Origin: Methanothrix sp.
GTDB taxonomy: Archaea > Halobacteriota > Methanosarcinia > Methanotrichales > Methanotrichaceae
DNA: 39,893 nt
Assembly (NCBI GenBank): GCA_040770465.1
Contig: JAXGJB010000025.1
Span: 1-39,893 of the forward strand
Direction: 5' to 3'
Shown: piece by piece, positions 37,824 through 39,893 of the stretch
How positions within the stretch are numbered: position 1 is the stretch's first letter
Layout of the letters: each line of letters begins with the position of its first letter
Position numbers and translations under genes: made by a program
Notes under the pieces: generated by a model
What the model saw: only the letters and a program-made list of their open reading frames with translations
The model's database searches: none
What the model was told of the DNA's origin: nothing

Positions 37824-38168
37824 ATGCCAGAAGATAACATCAAAAACCTCGGCCCTTGGGATTCTTTCCTTCTGATCCTGACCAGAAAGAGCGATCGCAA
37901 CTTCGTGATCCTGGACGTGCGGACGCCGAAGGAGTATGAGATTGCCAGAATTGAGGGGTCGGTGAACCTCGACCGTCACTCTCCAACCTTCGAAGCAGAC
38001 CTCGAAGCCCTCGACAGGAAAAAGACCTACCTGGTGTACTGTCTGGTTGGGGTCCGGTCGAGCCAGGCGGCAGGGATCATGGAGCGGCTCGGATTTAAAG
38101 ACGTCATCAACATGATCGGCGGGATCAGGCAGTGGCACCGCGAGGGGCTTCCGATATCCGGCCGATAG
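37824..38168 (+). CDS. Rhodanese-like protein
   Basis: ILDVRTPKEY...IEGS, VYCLVGVRS, GGIRQW. Confidence 0.87.
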   Translation: MPEDNIKNLGPWDSFLLILTRKSDRNFVILDVRTPKEYEIARIEGSVNLDRHSPTFEADLEALDRKKTYLVYCLVGVRSSQAAGIMERLGFKDVINMIGGIRQWHREGLPISGR

Positions 38169-38199
38169 CCCGATATATCCGGTCCCACCCTCCACCATC

Positions 38200-39087
38200 A
38201 TGCGCTTTGGAGTTGTGGTCACCGATCCTGGGGACTGGACCGCTTCGGCGATAAAGGGCGGTTTTGAGAAGTTGGGGTGTGAAGCGGTTTTTCTGGACTT
38301 CTCCGAGCTTGCGGCGAGGATGGGGCCGGAGCTCCGGCTGAGGGGAGACGGGACCGACCTTTTGGGGCTCGACGGCCTTGTGGTGAGAGATCTGGGGAGG
38401 AGGGGCTCTTCAGACGTGGCCTTCCGGTTTGAGGCCCTCTCAGCCCTCCAGGGGCTGGGCCTTCCCATCGTCAACCCGCCCGCGGCGATCTTGAGGGCTG
38501 CAAACAAGTTTGCAACATCCATCGCCCTCCACCGTGCGGGGGTGGCTCATCCGAGGACTCTGGTGACCACGAGCCCGTCGGCGGCCGCCGAGTTCGTCTC
38601 CGAGCACGGTCGGACGGTCTCAAAGCCCCTATTCGGCTACAAGGGGCGGGGGATTCTCCTCCTCGACGCCGGGGATCCGGCGCCCCTGGCCGACCTAATC
38701 GAGAACAGTGGCGTCGTCTACCTCCAGGAGTTTCTGGAGTCTACGGCGCCGAGGCCTCGGGACATCCGGGTATTCGTGGTGGGGAGCCGGGCGGCGGCGG
38801 CCATTTATCGGGTTGCTCCTCCGGGAAGCTGGATCAGCAACCTATCCCAGGGGGGTGCCCCCGAGAGGTGTCCATTGACGGGCGAGATCGAGGATCTGGC
38901 GCTGAGGGCGAACGGGGCGGTGGGGACGGTCTACAGCGGCGTCGACCTGATCGAGACGGCCTCAGGCCCGGTCGTCCTGGAGGTGAACGGGACCCCGTCG
39001 GGGCGGGGGGTGTACCAGGCCTGGGGGATCGACGTCGGCGAGATGATAGCAGGACACCTTCTGGAGAAGCTCGTCGGGTCAGGTTAG
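38200..39087 (+). CDS. mptN: RimK-family ATP-grasp ligase, probably tetrahydromethanopterin:alpha-L-glutamate ligase
   Basis: NK, KPLFGYKGRG, YLQEF, DIRVFVV, WISNLSQGG, LEVNGTP; substrate inferred. Confidence 0.72.
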   Translation: MRFGVVVTDPGDWTASAIKGGFEKLGCEAVFLDFSELAARMGPELRLRGDGTDLLGLDGLVVRDLGRRGSSDVAFRFEALSALQGLGLPIVNPPAAILRAANKFATSIALHRAGVAHPRTLVTTSPSAAAEFVSEHGRTVSKPLFGYKGRGILLLDAGDPAPLADLIENSGVVYLQEFLESTAPRPRDIRVFVVGSRAAAAIYRVAPPGSWISNLSQGGAPERCPLTGEIEDLALRANGAVGTVYSGVDLIETASGPVVLEVNGTPSGRGVYQAWGIDVGEMIAGHLLEKLVGSG

Positions 39088-39159
39088 CCTAAACGCCCGT
39101 CAGGCCTGTCAGGTCTGTCAGGGGAACCGTTATCTACCATAGAACTTCAGGGGCAGGTC

Positions 39160-39893
39160 ATGTTCACCATACTCACAGGCTCTCAGTTCGGGGACGAGGG
39201 GAAGGGGAAGGTCGTCGATCTCCTGGCTGAGAATTACGACCTCGTGGTCCGGTTCCAGGGCGGGGACAACGCCGGCCACACCGTCATCGTCGGGGATCGG
39301 ACCTACAAGCTCCACCTCACCCCAAGCGGCGTCCTCTTCGGGGCGAGGCTCCTCATCGGACCCGGCGTCGTCCTGAACCCCAAAGTCCTCTACAGCGAGA
39401 TCGAGGCGCTCCGGGCCGAGGGGATAAAACTCAACATCGGGATCGACGCCAAGACCTCGATCATCATGCCCTACCACATCGCCCTGGACGAGCTGCGGGA
39501 GAGCGGGAGGAAGGAGAAGATCGGGACGACGAAGAGGGGGATCGGCTACGCTTACATCGACAAGTTCTCCCGGGACGAGGTCCAGATGAAGGATCTGACC
39601 GACCCCGCCCTCCTGGAGGCGAAGCTCGACGAGATCGGACCCGCGCGGGAGAAGGCGATCGCAGAGATGGGCGGCGACCCCTCGGTGGTGCGGGACCCGG
39701 CCCTCATCGGCGAGTATCTGGAGATCGGCCGCTCCCTCAAGGAGAACGTCGCCGACGTCTCCTACGAGATCAACGTGGCCCTAGACGCCGGAAAGAAGGT
39801 CCTGGCGGAGGGGGCGCAAGGAGCCTTCCTCGACGTCATCCACGGGACCCAGAAGTTCGTCACCTCGTCGTTCACCACGGCCGGGAGCGCGTG
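39160..39893 (+). CDS. purA: Adenylosuccinate synthetase (5' part, runs off the window)
   Basis: GSQFGDEGKGKVVD, RFQGGDNAGHT, IGTTKRGIG, EGAQG. Confidence 0.96.
   Translation, partial: MFTILTGSQFGDEGKGKVVDLLAENYDLVVRFQGGDNAGHTVIVGDRTYKLHLTPSGVLFGARLLIGPGVVLNPKVLYSEIEALRAEGIKLNIGIDAKTSIIMPYHIALDELRESGRKEKIGTTKRGIGYAYIDKFSRDEVQMKDLTDPALLEAKLDEIGPAREKAIAEMGGDPSVVRDPALIGEYLEIGRSLKENVADVSYEINVALDAGKKVLAEGAQGAFLDVIHGTQKFVTSSFTTAGSA

Overview
GC-rich methanogenic archaeal chromosome segment; gene content and style suggest Methanothrix/Methanocrinis-like Methanosarcinales (inferred). Left core: porGDAB, purO, ftr. Accessory/defence region (~4.5-27.7 kb): hicBA, an orphan MNT, secreted hypotheticals, a complete type I-B CRISPR-Cas locus (cas1-cas2-cas4-cas8b-cas7-cas5-cas3-cas6, with an AT-rich cas8b-cas3 block inside GC-rich genes), and a 39-repeat/38-spacer array. 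The array is followed by a CHAP-like Cys/His hydrolase gene and a mosaic of toxin-antitoxin modules (MazF, frameshifted VapC, RelE) interleaved with three pairs of direct repeats. Right core: large subtilase, artA-pssD-pssA-mptD, Na+/solute symporter, moaA, thiL, rhodanese, RimK/MptN-like ligase, partial purA. Most striking unexplained signal: the two halves of spacer 24 reappear, in order, on either side of the CHAP gene, and the left half is preceded by a repeat-like TGAAAC. All calls were made by eye, without database searches.
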